Shown here one piece after another: positions 8,951 through 16,965 of a stretch of DNA of 36,197 nucleotides. The notes beneath the pieces were generated by a model, which saw only the letters and a list, made by a program, of their open reading frames with translations, ran no database searches and had not been told where the DNA came from. The DNA comes from a virus (Duplodnaviria > Caudoviricetes). The position numbers and the translations under genes were made by a program. The DNA is taken from the IMG/VR virus record IMGVR_UViG_3300033109_000048, positions 1 through 36,197 of that record; one strand, 5' to 3'. Position 1 is the first letter of the stretch, and the number at the start of each line of letters is the position of its first letter.

Positions 8951-9301
8951 TGCGGCCTGCTCCTCTTCCAGGCGGTAATGGTCCAGGCTGCAGGCCTGGT
9001 CGGTGACCCAGGGCATGATATTGGCGGCCTGGTTGCAGCCGAAGATACGCTTGTTCTCATCGGTGCAGGGTAAGGGGCCGTTCTTGTCGCCCACATCCTG
9101 CCCCCAATCGGCGATGACTTCTACAGCCATGGAGCCGTTCCATTTTTTCACGTCGATCTCGCCGTCCCCTTTCATCGCGGCGCGCCGCAGTTCTGCGTAG
9201 CGCTCGGGGGTGATTGGGCGGATCATGAAACGCACGCCGGTGCCGGGGTGGGTGCAGGCGCGGGCTTCCGCAGCAGGGTTGAGTAGCAGTTTGATAGCCA
9301 T
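8939..9301 (-). CDS. Tail assembly chaperone (gpG equivalent)
   Basis: 120 aa between tail tube and tape measure; IADWG...PLPCTDENK motif; ends in A AAA AAC slippery heptamer; SD GAAAGGAAG. Confidence 0.8.
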   Translation of the reverse strand: MAIKLLLNPAAEARACTHPGTGVRFMIRPITPERYAELRRAAMKGDGEIDVKKWNGSMAVEVIADWGQDVGDKNGPLPCTDENKRIFGCNQAANIMPWVTDQACSLDHYRLEEEQAAKNA

Positions 9302-9319
9302 GTCGGCTTCCTTTCGAAT

Positions 9320-9346
9320 AAAAAAGGCCCCGGACGCTTCGGGGCC
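9320..9346 (-). terminator. Intrinsic terminator/attenuator after the tail tube gene
   Basis: GGCCCCG-AAGCGTC-CGGGGCC-TTTTTT on the minus strand. Confidence 0.75.
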
Positions 9347-9356
9347 AGGGAGGAGA

Positions 9357-10313
9357 TCAGTACGCGGTCACGTCATTACGCAGCACGACGGTCGGGAGCG
9401 TGGCCCCCTTCACCGCGGCGAAGTCCAGCTCGGCGAACAGACCGCTCTTGCCGCTGATAGGCTGGGCCTTTTCCATCAGCTCGACGTAGGGCATATCCAC
9501 AGTCAGGTCGAAGGTGTTGGCGCCGATGGTGGCGGCTGTCACCAGCTTGAGGCGGGTCTGTGTGCCGGTGCGCGCCAGGTTGTAGGCCCCTGCTCCGTCG
9601 AACGCACACTTGATCTTGCCCTTGAAGGTCAGCTCGGTAGGGTAGAACAGCGAGTAGCCATCGGTACCGTCGGCGGCCTCCTGCGGCTCGATGTTGTTGC
9701 TGATCTCGATGTTGCCGCCCACCACGGTGCCCAGCGCGGTGTCCACGCCGTTGGAGATCACGCCGCTGCCGGAGTTGGCGCGGAAGGCGCTGACGCCGGT
9801 AGGCGCGGCATCGAATGCGCTGGTGGGGATGGGGTTGATCTCCTGCGCGGCCATGAGCTGGGCGGTGATCAGCTGCTCGGGGTTCTTGATGTCCCAGGCC
9901 AGAGAATTGCAGTGCACGCCCAGCCAGCGCCAGTATTTGCTGATGTCGGAATGCTGCCGTTCCAGCAAGGCATACGGGCGGGTCGCCAGATCCACCGGGA
10001 AGGTGTGCGTCTTGAGCGTGGTGCCGGTGGTGACCGGCTGGCCAAGCAGCAGCTTGATCAGGTAGCCGATGGTGCGCAGATCGAGGATGGATTCCAGCGG
10101 CGCAGCCGGCACAATCGGGCTGCCGGGTTGCGATGCGTTGCCCAGCGCAGACTGGTTGAACGAGTCATCCTTCTGCCGGCGCGGATCGCGGCCAAGGTCC
10201 AGCTTATGGAACGGGATGACCTTTGCGCCGGCAGGATCCGGCGCGACCCGCAGGCCGCCGGTCTGGTATTGCAGGATGAGTTTCGAGAGATTCGGTTTTA
10301 CGGGTGCGGGCAT
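9357..10313 (-). CDS. Major tail tube protein
   Basis: 318-aa beta-rich protein between the tail-terminator-like gene and the chaperone; IGYLIKLLLG...THTF, IEISNNIE, VVLRNDVTAY. Confidence 0.82.
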   Translation of the reverse strand: MPAPVKPNLSKLILQYQTGGLRVAPDPAGAKVIPFHKLDLGRDPRRQKDDSFNQSALGNASQPGSPIVPAAPLESILDLRTIGYLIKLLLGQPVTTGTTLKTHTFPVDLATRPYALLERQHSDISKYWRWLGVHCNSLAWDIKNPEQLITAQLMAAQEINPIPTSAFDAAPTGVSAFRANSGSGVISNGVDTALGTVVGGNIEISNNIEPQEAADGTDGYSLFYPTELTFKGKIKCAFDGAGAYNLARTGTQTRLKLVTAATIGANTFDLTVDMPYVELMEKAQPISGKSGLFAELDFAAVKGATLPTVVLRNDVTAY

Positions 10314-10315
10314 GG

Positions 10316-10495
10316 CTATTTCTCCTCTTCAAACTGGTATTCGTTCAGGTCCGGGCGCTGTTGCATAGCCGCCCACTCTTCCGTCGTGATGGTCTGCGCA
10401 TGTCCGACATACCAATGTCGTCCGAGGAAAATGATCTCTCCCGGGCCGGCGTGGTAGGCGACGCTCACTGTTTCCTGCGATTTCGTCTTGGCCAT
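10316..10495 (-). CDS. Small hypothetical virion protein, 59 aa (MAKTKSQETVSVAYHAGPG...YQFEEEK)
   Basis: Hand-translated; fills the gap between 10508 and 10313; SD AGGAGAAGAG; below the track cutoff. Confidence 0.7.
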   Translation of the reverse strand: MAKTKSQETVSVAYHAGPGEIIFLGRHWYVGHAQTITTEEWAAMQQRPDLNEYQFEEEK

Positions 10496-10507
10496 GGCTC
10501 TCTTCTC

Positions 10508-10930
10508 CTACTCGAGGAATTCAAGGTCGATGGATACCCATCCATACGGGGCATCCAGTTGCTGGCTCTGGCGGAAGCCGAGCATGAAGAGCTGGGCCAG
10601 GCGCGGGTCGATGGTGAGCCTGTCGCGCAGGAAGGTCTTCACCTCTTCCACCAGGGTGAATTCCATCTCCTCGATCGCTGATCCGGCTGTGCCCTCCGGC
10701 ATGACGAATTGCGCAACCATCAACAGTGGCTGCCTGCCGTCCATCCCCTCGCGGCCGCTGTAGTTGGCATAGTCGCGCTCGCCGTTGCCGATGATCGTCC
10801 AGATGCCCGCCTGCAGGTCTGCTGCCTTGCGCTGATCGAAAGGCAGCAGGTCGCGCGTGACGATGCGCAGCGGGTACGCCACGGCGAACAACGTCTTGAT
10901 CAGCTCCATGCGGGTGCCGAGTTCGCTCAT
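10508..10930 (-). CDS. Putative tail terminator / tail completion protein
   Basis: 140 aa coupled (ATGA) to the gp10-like gene, in the usual position before the tail tube. Confidence 0.6.
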   Translation of the reverse strand: MSELGTRMELIKTLFAVAYPLRIVTRDLLPFDQRKAADLQAGIWTIIGNGERDYANYSGREGMDGRQPLLMVAQFVMPEGTAGSAIEEMEFTLVEEVKTFLRDRLTIDPRLAQLFMLGFRQSQQLDAPYGWVSIDLEFLE

Positions 10931-11406
10931 GCCATCGCCTTCCGGATTCCCTCATCCACGCCCTTCCGCACCAGCGCGATCACGCGGTCGACGTTCTCTT
11001 CTGCGGCGGGGCGCATGTAGGGCTGCGCACGGGTACCGCGGCGCTTGATGGCGCGGGCGATCAGGAAGGCCTTGTCGCGCGCTTCCTTTTCGCGCGCGCC
11101 CAGCACGCGCTCCACCCAGGGGATGAGCTTTACAGAGCTGACGCCGTGCGGACGCCCCCCCTCTTCCACCACGCGGCCGTAGTTCATGCCCTCCACGACG
11201 CGATAGTGCAGCGGGCCGATCCTTTCGGAGCGGATGGAGTTCACCAGGTGGCTGAACGCCTTGGGCGCCTTCCCCTTTGCGGTGCGCGCCACTTCTTCCG
11301 CACCGCGCCACAGCTTCGGTTCAACGACCTCGACGACCGTCGCCGGCAAGCCATTGATGCCATCACGGGTGGGCTTGAGGTCGATCTTGAGGTGGAAGTC
11401 TGTCAT
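10927..11406 (-). CDS. HK97 gp10-like neck/tail completion protein
   Basis: AKGKAP....HLVNSI, YGRVVEEG, GTRAQPYMRPA motifs; likely start ATG 11406 overlapping the upstream stop. Confidence 0.85.
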   Translation of the reverse strand: MTDFHLKIDLKPTRDGINGLPATVVEVVEPKLWRGAEEVARTAKGKAPKAFSHLVNSIRSERIGPLHYRVVEGMNYGRVVEEGGRPHGVSSVKLIPWVERVLGAREKEARDKAFLIARAIKRRGTRAQPYMRPAAEENVDRVIALVRKGVDEGIRKAMA

Positions 11407-11747
11407 TTGAGCACCACGCCATACAGCAACAGCAGCAAGGCCAGCGCGGCCCACAGCCCGCGCTCGATCAGCCCGTCGCGGATCTTGCGGCGCGAGGCTT
11501 TGTCGGCCTTGGCTTCTTCCGCCTCCTCTTCCATCTTGCGGGTGATCCATTCATGGTGGGCGTGGTGGACGGGTTCGTGACCGTTCAGCACCGCGGCGCG
11601 TAATCCTTGTTCGTCACGCCGCAGCGCCTCGATACGGTCTCCAATGTCGCTCACAACCCCCAGCATCAGCATCAGCACGACTTTCATGTTCTCGTCATTC
11701 GTCTTGGCGATGGCGGCGACGATCTCTGTCTTGATATCTGAACTCAC
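11403..11747 (-). CDS. Lysis-associated membrane protein (coiled coil plus C-terminal TM)
   Basis: GTG 11747 overlaps the lysozyme stop, SD GGAG; C-terminal GLWAALALLLLLYGVVLK. Confidence 0.6.
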   Translation of the reverse strand: MSSDIKTEIVAAIAKTNDENMKVVLMLMLGVVSDIGDRIEALRRDEQGLRAAVLNGHEPVHHAHHEWITRKMEEEAEEAKADKASRRKIRDGLIERGLWAALALLLLLYGVVLK

Positions 11748-12199
11748 TTTGCCGCTCCATGAAGATAGTGGGTGCGCTCTATTCCGCGTCGGACGACCAA
11801 CCCTTTCAGCACCCTGCCTCCGGCCTTGTTCCACAGCAGAAAGGCATCCGCTGCCGCATTGATGTCCCCGCGTTTGGTGAAACGGCAGACGCTGGATACC
11901 CCGAACGCGCCGGTGCCGATGTTGTAGGCCAGCGAGGCGCAGGCGGCCAGCCTGTGCTCCGGCTCGCGGAACAGCGCCGGGCACTTTGTGAGCGCGGCGA
12001 ACATGAAACTGGCCGCGCGCTGGCGCAGGCGGGCATCAGCCTGTTCCTGCGTCCACACGTCGCCTTCCTTCACGCCCTGCGTCTCGCCCCAGCCGATGGT
12101 CCAGATTCCGGCCGGGCACTTATAGGCCTGCAGGCGGCAACCCTCGAATCCCTGAAGGAGCTTGATGGTTTGAACGAGGGCTTCGAGTACCTGGATCAT
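11744..12199 (-). CDS. Endolysin, GH24 phage lysozyme
   Basis: FEGCRLQAYKCPAGIWTIGWGET, SLAYNIG, WNKAGGRVLKGLVVRRGIE; start ATG 12199 coupled to the holin stop. Confidence 0.95.
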   Translation of the reverse strand: MIQVLEALVQTIKLLQGFEGCRLQAYKCPAGIWTIGWGETQGVKEGDVWTQEQADARLRQRAASFMFAALTKCPALFREPEHRLAACASLAYNIGTGAFGVSSVCRFTKRGDINAAADAFLLWNKAGGRVLKGLVVRRGIERTHYLHGAAK

Positions 12200-12666
12200 T
12201 GCTTCTTGTCGAACACGCGACCAACGAACCAGAAGGCGAGGATCCCGGAGAGGATCGCGCCATCTTCCGCAGACCAGCACTGGATGATGGATGACCACGG
12301 GTCGGCGGCGCGCAGCGCGACGACCAGCATCGCCATCTTCACCAGCCCGTACATGCCAAGGAAGAAGTAAGTCGTCAGCGGCCGCACCAGGAAGTTGAGC
12401 GCATCCACCCACTTGATGCCGATCTTCTGCATCTGCCCGGCCAGCGCTGTCTTCTGCGCGTCGAGCAGCGCGATCGTCTGGTTGATGTCGCCCTGCAGAA
12501 CGATCTCTTCCTTGCGGTTGGCGGCTTGCGCCTTCTCCAGTTCGAGCTGCTTGTCCATCATGGCCAGCTCGTGGGCGTTGTCGGCCTTCTTGTTGAGGAA
12601 GGCCATGATCTCTGGCAGCAGGCGCATCACGCCGCCACCGAGCATTGAAAGCAAAGTCATCAGCAT
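12196..12666 (-). CDS. Putative holin (3TM holin-like family)
   Basis: HELAM, WVDALNFLVRPLTTY, ILAFWFVGRVFDK; hydrophobic segments; directly upstream of the lysozyme. Confidence 0.72.
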   Translation of the reverse strand: MLMTLLSMLGGGVMRLLPEIMAFLNKKADNAHELAMMDKQLELEKAQAANRKEEIVLQGDINQTIALLDAQKTALAGQMQKIGIKWVDALNFLVRPLTTYFFLGMYGLVKMAMLVVALRAADPWSSIIQCWSAEDGAILSGILAFWFVGRVFDKKQ

Positions 12667-13283
12667 CAGTTCGCTCCTTCGAATTGGTTCATCAGTGTTT
12701 CGAACAGGTAACTCGGGGTTCCGTTGCGCGGGCCGTTGTTGAGACCATCGCGCATGGATACCGGCTTGCCGATGTTGCGCATGGCCATCTCTTTCATGGC
12801 CTCGGCCTGGGCACGCAGCAGCAGCAGGCCGCGATCTGCCGCCTGGATGGTGGTCTCAGCAGCGGTGGCGCCGATGCTGTGGGCGGCGTAGTAGTAGTAC
12901 TTGAAGTCCGAACCGAGCGCGGCGATCTGCGCGCCGGTGGGTGCGGGCAGGAAGTGCAACTCGCGCGTGCTTCCGTTCACCGCACTGCGCACGTCCGGCA
13001 GGCGGCCGGGGTAGTTCGCTTCCCAGGGTTTGGCGCGGTTCAGCCCCCACAGGTAGGACTTGAATGCATGGAAGTCCGCTGGTGCGGCGTAGTTGAACTG
13101 TTCCGCCACCAGCGTGAGCGTGCCCAGCAGCGTGCGCGGGCGCTTGCGGGCCATGTCCAAGGCGGCGGCAAGCAGGTGCCGCTCGAAGTCGGCATCCGCT
13201 TCCGCCGTGAAGATGTTGGCCGCGTCCTGAAGAGATGCCTTCAGGTCCGCGACCAAGTCTGCCTTGGACATGGTGCCGGCCAT
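12666..13283 (-). CDS. Putative head-tail adaptor / head completion protein
   Basis: 205 aa downstream of the capsid; helical N-terminus plus TLTLVAEQFNYAAPADF. Confidence 0.55.
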   Translation of the reverse strand: MAGTMSKADLVADLKASLQDAANIFTAEADADFERHLLAAALDMARKRPRTLLGTLTLVAEQFNYAAPADFHAFKSYLWGLNRAKPWEANYPGRLPDVRSAVNGSTRELHFLPAPTGAQIAALGSDFKYYYYAAHSIGATAAETTIQAADRGLLLLRAQAEAMKEMAMRNIGKPVSMRDGLNNGPRNGTPSYLFETLMNQFEGAN

Positions 13284-13742
13284 TTAGGCAGCGCCGCCTG
13301 GATTGCGGGAGGCCGCTTCTGCTTCCAGCGCGGCCAGATAGTCGGCATCGACGTTGATGTCGGTCTTGGCCTCTTCCAGCGCAGCGGTCAGGTCGGCATC
13401 GCTCATCAGCGCGATCTGCTCGGCCAGATTCTGCGCGGCAAGGTTCAGCAGCGCTTCAGAGATGGCGGCCAGCACGGTCTTGCGATTCTTGCCTTCCTGC
13501 TCGCGCAGCTCGACCTGCTCCAGGTCGGCGGCAGACAAGCCGGGCAGCTTGGCGATCACCTCGGCAGCGGTGCCGGCCAGCAGGTCGGCGATGGCGTCAG
13601 GTGCGGCGGGGGCCGACTCCTTCGGCTTCGAGTACTCGGCCAGATGTGTCTCTTCCACGTCGCGGGTGGCGCCTGGGGCGATGGTCACACTGCCGATGTG
13701 GACGAACTTGTCGGTGTCGTTGTGATACGGGACTTTACTCAT
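13284..13742 (-). CDS. Hypothetical post-capsid protein (acidic, helical, EQEGKNRKTVLAAI motif)
   Basis: 152-aa ORF immediately after the capsid with SD AAGGAGA; the GKNRKTVL motif is common in small post-capsid phage proteins. Confidence 0.65.
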   Translation of the reverse strand: MSKVPYHNDTDKFVHIGSVTIAPGATRDVEETHLAEYSKPKESAPAAPDAIADLLAGTAAEVIAKLPGLSAADLEQVELREQEGKNRKTVLAAISEALLNLAAQNLAEQIALMSDADLTAALEEAKTDINVDADYLAALEAEAASRNPGGAA

Positions 13743-13761
13743 CTCGATCTCCTTGGCACAT

Positions 13762-13786
13762 CCCGGCAGGACTCATGCCTGCCGGG
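13762..13786. other. Inverted repeat/hairpin after the capsid gene
   Basis: CCCGGCAGG-N7-CCTGCCGGG with no U-tract; possible mRNA 3' stabiliser. Confidence 0.5.
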
Positions 13787-13813
13787 GTAGCGCGCTTCCT
13801 CTTGGGTTATGGA

Positions 13814-16354
13814 TTAACGGCCGGTGAAGCTGTAAACCAGCACCGAGGTCATGCGGTCGCGTACCGGGGTCGGCACCTTGATCGCGCTGTACTCCTCGCC
13901 GTAGGCCTGCTTCTTGCCGATGGGCTTGCCGTTCGCGCCGACCGCCTCGAACAGGTCGCCGAACGAGAAGGGCTTGGCCACGGTGTAGCCCAGCACGCCG
14001 CGCTGGCCGATGATGATGCGCTCGTCGCCCAGGTCGATGCCGGGGGCGTTGGTGCCGAACGCTGCCAGCCCCTTGACCGTGGTCAGGTCGCCGGCGGCGG
14101 ACACGTCGGCGTCCTTGCGCATGCCGCTCTCGACGAACTGCTCGGCGTTGGTGAGCTGGTCGTTCAGCGTCGGGCTCATCAGCTGGAAGTCCGGCGTGAC
14201 GTAGCGGTCGCCGGACAACACGGCCTTACGCGCACCGATAGCCTGCAGCGCCTTGTTGAGCTGCTTCTCCAGCGTGGAGCCGGAGGGCACGTCCAGATCG
14301 ACCTTGACGATGTTGGTCGCGCGGCTGTAACCGATGGTGTTGGTGCCGGTATCGGCCGGCGTGACAGGCGTACCGGCCTGGTCGACCAGCTGGACGTAGC
14401 CCAGGTTGTAGTTGATGACGCGGTAGTAGGTGCCTGCGGCCTGCGCGCCGGTGCCGTCGTATGCGCTGATGGCGGTGCCGTTCAGCACAATGGCGATCGG
14501 GTGCTCGGCGTTGCCGATGGCGTTGCCCTGCATGTCGCGCGCCTGGAAGGGGCGGACGATGGGGTAGTTGGCTGTCTTGATGATGCTGTTGCTGCCGGTC
14601 AGCTGTGCATCGAACGCCTCGCCGGTGACTGCGATCGCGCCGTAGGCATCTGCGCTGCGCTGCAGCTCATTGGCGATGCGGCGGGCGACCAGCTCGCGCA
14701 TGAAGCGGGCTGCGGATTCCAGGTTGCGGCTCAGAGCATCCCAGTTGATGCCGGATGCGCGGGTGAAGTGGATCACCTCGTTGGAGACCATGATCGCGAT
14801 CTTCATCGGCTGGATGTAGGCCGCATCCATCGCCTGGGCGATGCCGGCGCGGTGGATCTCCTGGCCTTCATACACGATGCCGTCGTTGTACACCTGCGAC
14901 ACGTCGCGCTGCTCATACGGGATCTGCGTGGTCAGCGTGGCGGTGGGGTCCATCATGGTGTTGACCAGCGCCAGGATGTTCAGGTCGCTCAAGGCCTCGC
15001 GGATAACCTCGCGCACGAAACCGACCGGCAGGCTGGTGTTGCCGATGCCGGTCTCGCCGGCCAGCATCTTCACTTCCTCGTGCAGCTTGTGGGCGTGCAG
15101 GCTGTCGAATGCGGACAGCACCATGGTCACGAACGGATGCTGCTTCTCGGCCAGCTTGATTTTGCCCATCGCGTAGGCAGAAGTCCGCTTCAGGTGGTCA
15201 CGATAGATGCCGTCCAACTTCTGGCTGTCGCCGGTGACGCCTTCGAGGTGGATGCGGCCAGCAGGAGTGGCGTAGCCCAACGAGGAAAGCTGCTTCGCCA
15301 CCGCCAGATCGTTTCCCTTCTTGATCTGCATCTCGGCCAGGCGCTTCACCTGCTCTGCGCTCAGATCGGCAGTGATCAGGTCGACGCACTCGTCGGACAG
15401 CGTCTTCTTGGTCGCTTCGTCCAGACCGGTGGCGGCGTTGATGGTGTCGGACAGCAGCTTGATGTTGGCGCTCTTGCCTTCTGCCAACTTCTTGGCGGCG
15501 TCGGCTTGTTTCTGCGCTTCTTCGGCCAGCAGCTTGCGCACATCGTCAGCACTCAGGCCCGCAGGCAGGGAAGGTGCGCTGATAGACAGCTGCACGACGC
15601 GGTCGCCGATGGATTCGGCCAGTTGCTTGCCGGAGGTTTCGAAGGTGCCGATCAGCGCTTTGGCTGCGACCTCATCGGTGGTGGTGCTCAGTGCCTTTTC
15701 GGCAGCGGCGACCAGAGAGCCGACGACGGGTTCGGAGAGGTTGAAGGACTTCAGTTTTTCGGACAGTTGTTTCAGCAGTTCTTTCCACATGGCTTGGATC
15801 TCCTGTAAGAGTGTTGATTGCAGTTCGGGATGGAGGTAGGTCGGCACATCGCCGGACGCCTCCGATAACATCACGGGGTCGAGCTTCTTGATGACCGGAC
15901 GCACGGTCAGCCCAGCCCCTAGCAGGACGCAGCCGTGCTTGTTGCCGGCCTCGTTGTCCTGCCAGTCTTCATGGAATTCGGCGGAGAGGTAGATCATGCC
16001 AAGCCGCTTGATGGCATCGATGCCGTACGGCGTCCACTCCACCAGTGCGCGCAGCCTGTCGCCTTCCACCTTGAGCGCAATGACCTTGCCTGCGGCGCCG
16101 TTGTCAGGCCGGTGCGAGACATCGATGAAGATGTCCTGCCCATACACCTTGGCGTCAAAGTTCTTGACCATCGAGAGCAGCATTGCCCTGGAGATCTCGA
16201 ACTTACCGTAGCGCGGATCGCTGAACTTTCCGGTGCGCGTCACCGTCACCCAGCTCTGAGTCTTTCCTTCATCCAGGGTCACATGGATGCCGGACAGGAA
16301 TCGCACTGTCCCTTTGGGTTGCTCAGAAAGCAGGATGTGGCGGCCGTGATTCAT
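13814..16354 (-). CDS. Fused prohead protease (Mu gpI-like) - scaffold - major capsid protein
   Basis: 846 aa; N-terminal IDVSH, AAGKV, VEWTPYG, YLSAEF, LLGAGLTVRPVIK (Mu I-type protease); Lys/Glu/Ala helical middle; C-terminal capsid-like region (IREALSDL, DFQLMSPTLND, RIIIGQRG, QAYGEEY); SD AAGGGG. Confidence 0.88.
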   Translation of the reverse strand: MNHGRHILLSEQPKGTVRFLSGIHVTLDEGKTQSWVTVTRTGKFSDPRYGKFEISRAMLLSMVKNFDAKVYGQDIFIDVSHRPDNGAAGKVIALKVEGDRLRALVEWTPYGIDAIKRLGMIYLSAEFHEDWQDNEAGNKHGCVLLGAGLTVRPVIKKLDPVMLSEASGDVPTYLHPELQSTLLQEIQAMWKELLKQLSEKLKSFNLSEPVVGSLVAAAEKALSTTTDEVAAKALIGTFETSGKQLAESIGDRVVQLSISAPSLPAGLSADDVRKLLAEEAQKQADAAKKLAEGKSANIKLLSDTINAATGLDEATKKTLSDECVDLITADLSAEQVKRLAEMQIKKGNDLAVAKQLSSLGYATPAGRIHLEGVTGDSQKLDGIYRDHLKRTSAYAMGKIKLAEKQHPFVTMVLSAFDSLHAHKLHEEVKMLAGETGIGNTSLPVGFVREVIREALSDLNILALVNTMMDPTATLTTQIPYEQRDVSQVYNDGIVYEGQEIHRAGIAQAMDAAYIQPMKIAIMVSNEVIHFTRASGINWDALSRNLESAARFMRELVARRIANELQRSADAYGAIAVTGEAFDAQLTGSNSIIKTANYPIVRPFQARDMQGNAIGNAEHPIAIVLNGTAISAYDGTGAQAAGTYYRVINYNLGYVQLVDQAGTPVTPADTGTNTIGYSRATNIVKVDLDVPSGSTLEKQLNKALQAIGARKAVLSGDRYVTPDFQLMSPTLNDQLTNAEQFVESGMRKDADVSAAGDLTTVKGLAAFGTNAPGIDLGDERIIIGQRGVLGYTVAKPFSFGDLFEAVGANGKPIGKKQAYGEEYSAIKVPTPVRDRMTSVLVYSFTGR

Positions 16355-16440
16355 TTCGTTCCCCTTGTGATTTCCGTCCCACAGGCTGGAGCGAGCGAGC
16401 TGTGCACCCGCAGGACGGAGGCCTTTTCAGGTTGAGGGGA

Positions 16441-16483
16441 AGTTTCTCGAAATGGTCAAGTCAAAAACAGGGGCAAAGATGGC
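16441..16483 (-). promoter_or_regulatory. Putative late promoter, copy 2, upstream of the protease-capsid gene
   Basis: 27-mer at 16483-16457 identical to copy 1, 10 nt gap, GAAACT at 16446-16441. Confidence 0.75.
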
Positions 16484-16540
16484 AAGTTGAAAAATCGTGC
16501 AGCGCGATGCATACGCCGGCAGATGTGGGGAGATGGATTG

Positions 16541-16575
16541 TTATCGACAGGGTTATCCACCGATTCTGTGGACAA
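16541..16575. promoter_or_regulatory. Cluster of three DnaA-box-like 9-mers
   Basis: TTATCGACA (16541), TTATCCACC (16553) and inverted TGTGGACAA (16567), each one mismatch from TTATCCACA. Confidence 0.5.
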
Positions 16576-16576
16576 C

Positions 16577-16600
16577 AAAAAACCCGCGCGAGGCGGGCTT
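16577..16600 (-). terminator. Intrinsic terminator ending the terminase-portal-MuF operon
   Basis: AAGCCCGC-CTCGC-GCGGG-TTTTTT on the minus strand. Confidence 0.7.
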
Positions 16601-16620
16601 GTCGGAGCCGGGCGGATGCG

Positions 16621-16965
16621 TCAGTTGATCATGTCGACGGGACGTTCACTGCCTGACTCGTCGATGAGCACCGGGATCTCGTCATCATCATCGATATGTG
16701 GATAGGCAGCAGCAAGATCATCCGGCAGCTTCCAGTCATTGCCGAGTATCGCGGCCATCTCGCCGAGATTATGGAGCGGATCAGTGATGGAGTAGCTGGT
16801 CGGGTATGGGTCCCCAACGACATATCCGTCTTTTATCGCAGCCGCGACCATGGCGAGCAGCTTCTCGGCGCCAGCCCCTTTCACTTCCCCGCTGTCCGCA
16901 TCCCATTCGAATTCGAGCGGTTGCTGATGCCATACAGCGGGCTGCAATGTGTAGCTACGGAACAT
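16621..16965 (-). CDS. Small acidic protein, candidate immunity partner of the MuF C-terminal domain
   Basis: 114 aa from ATG 16965, overlapping the MuF stop by 11 nt and followed by a terminator. Confidence 0.6.
   Translation of the reverse strand: MFRSYTLQPAVWHQQPLEFEWDADSGEVKGAGAEKLLAMVAAAIKDGYVVGDPYPTSYSITDPLHNLGEMAAILGNDWKLPDDLAAAYPHIDDDDEIPVLIDESGSERPVDMIN

Noticed and set aside
13601-15808. 735-aa plus-strand ORF and many similar long plus-strand ORFs (e.g. 9210-10457, 28071-29501, 31862-33205)
   Set aside because: Antisense shadows of GC-rich minus-strand genes that have clear motifs; no recognisable domains
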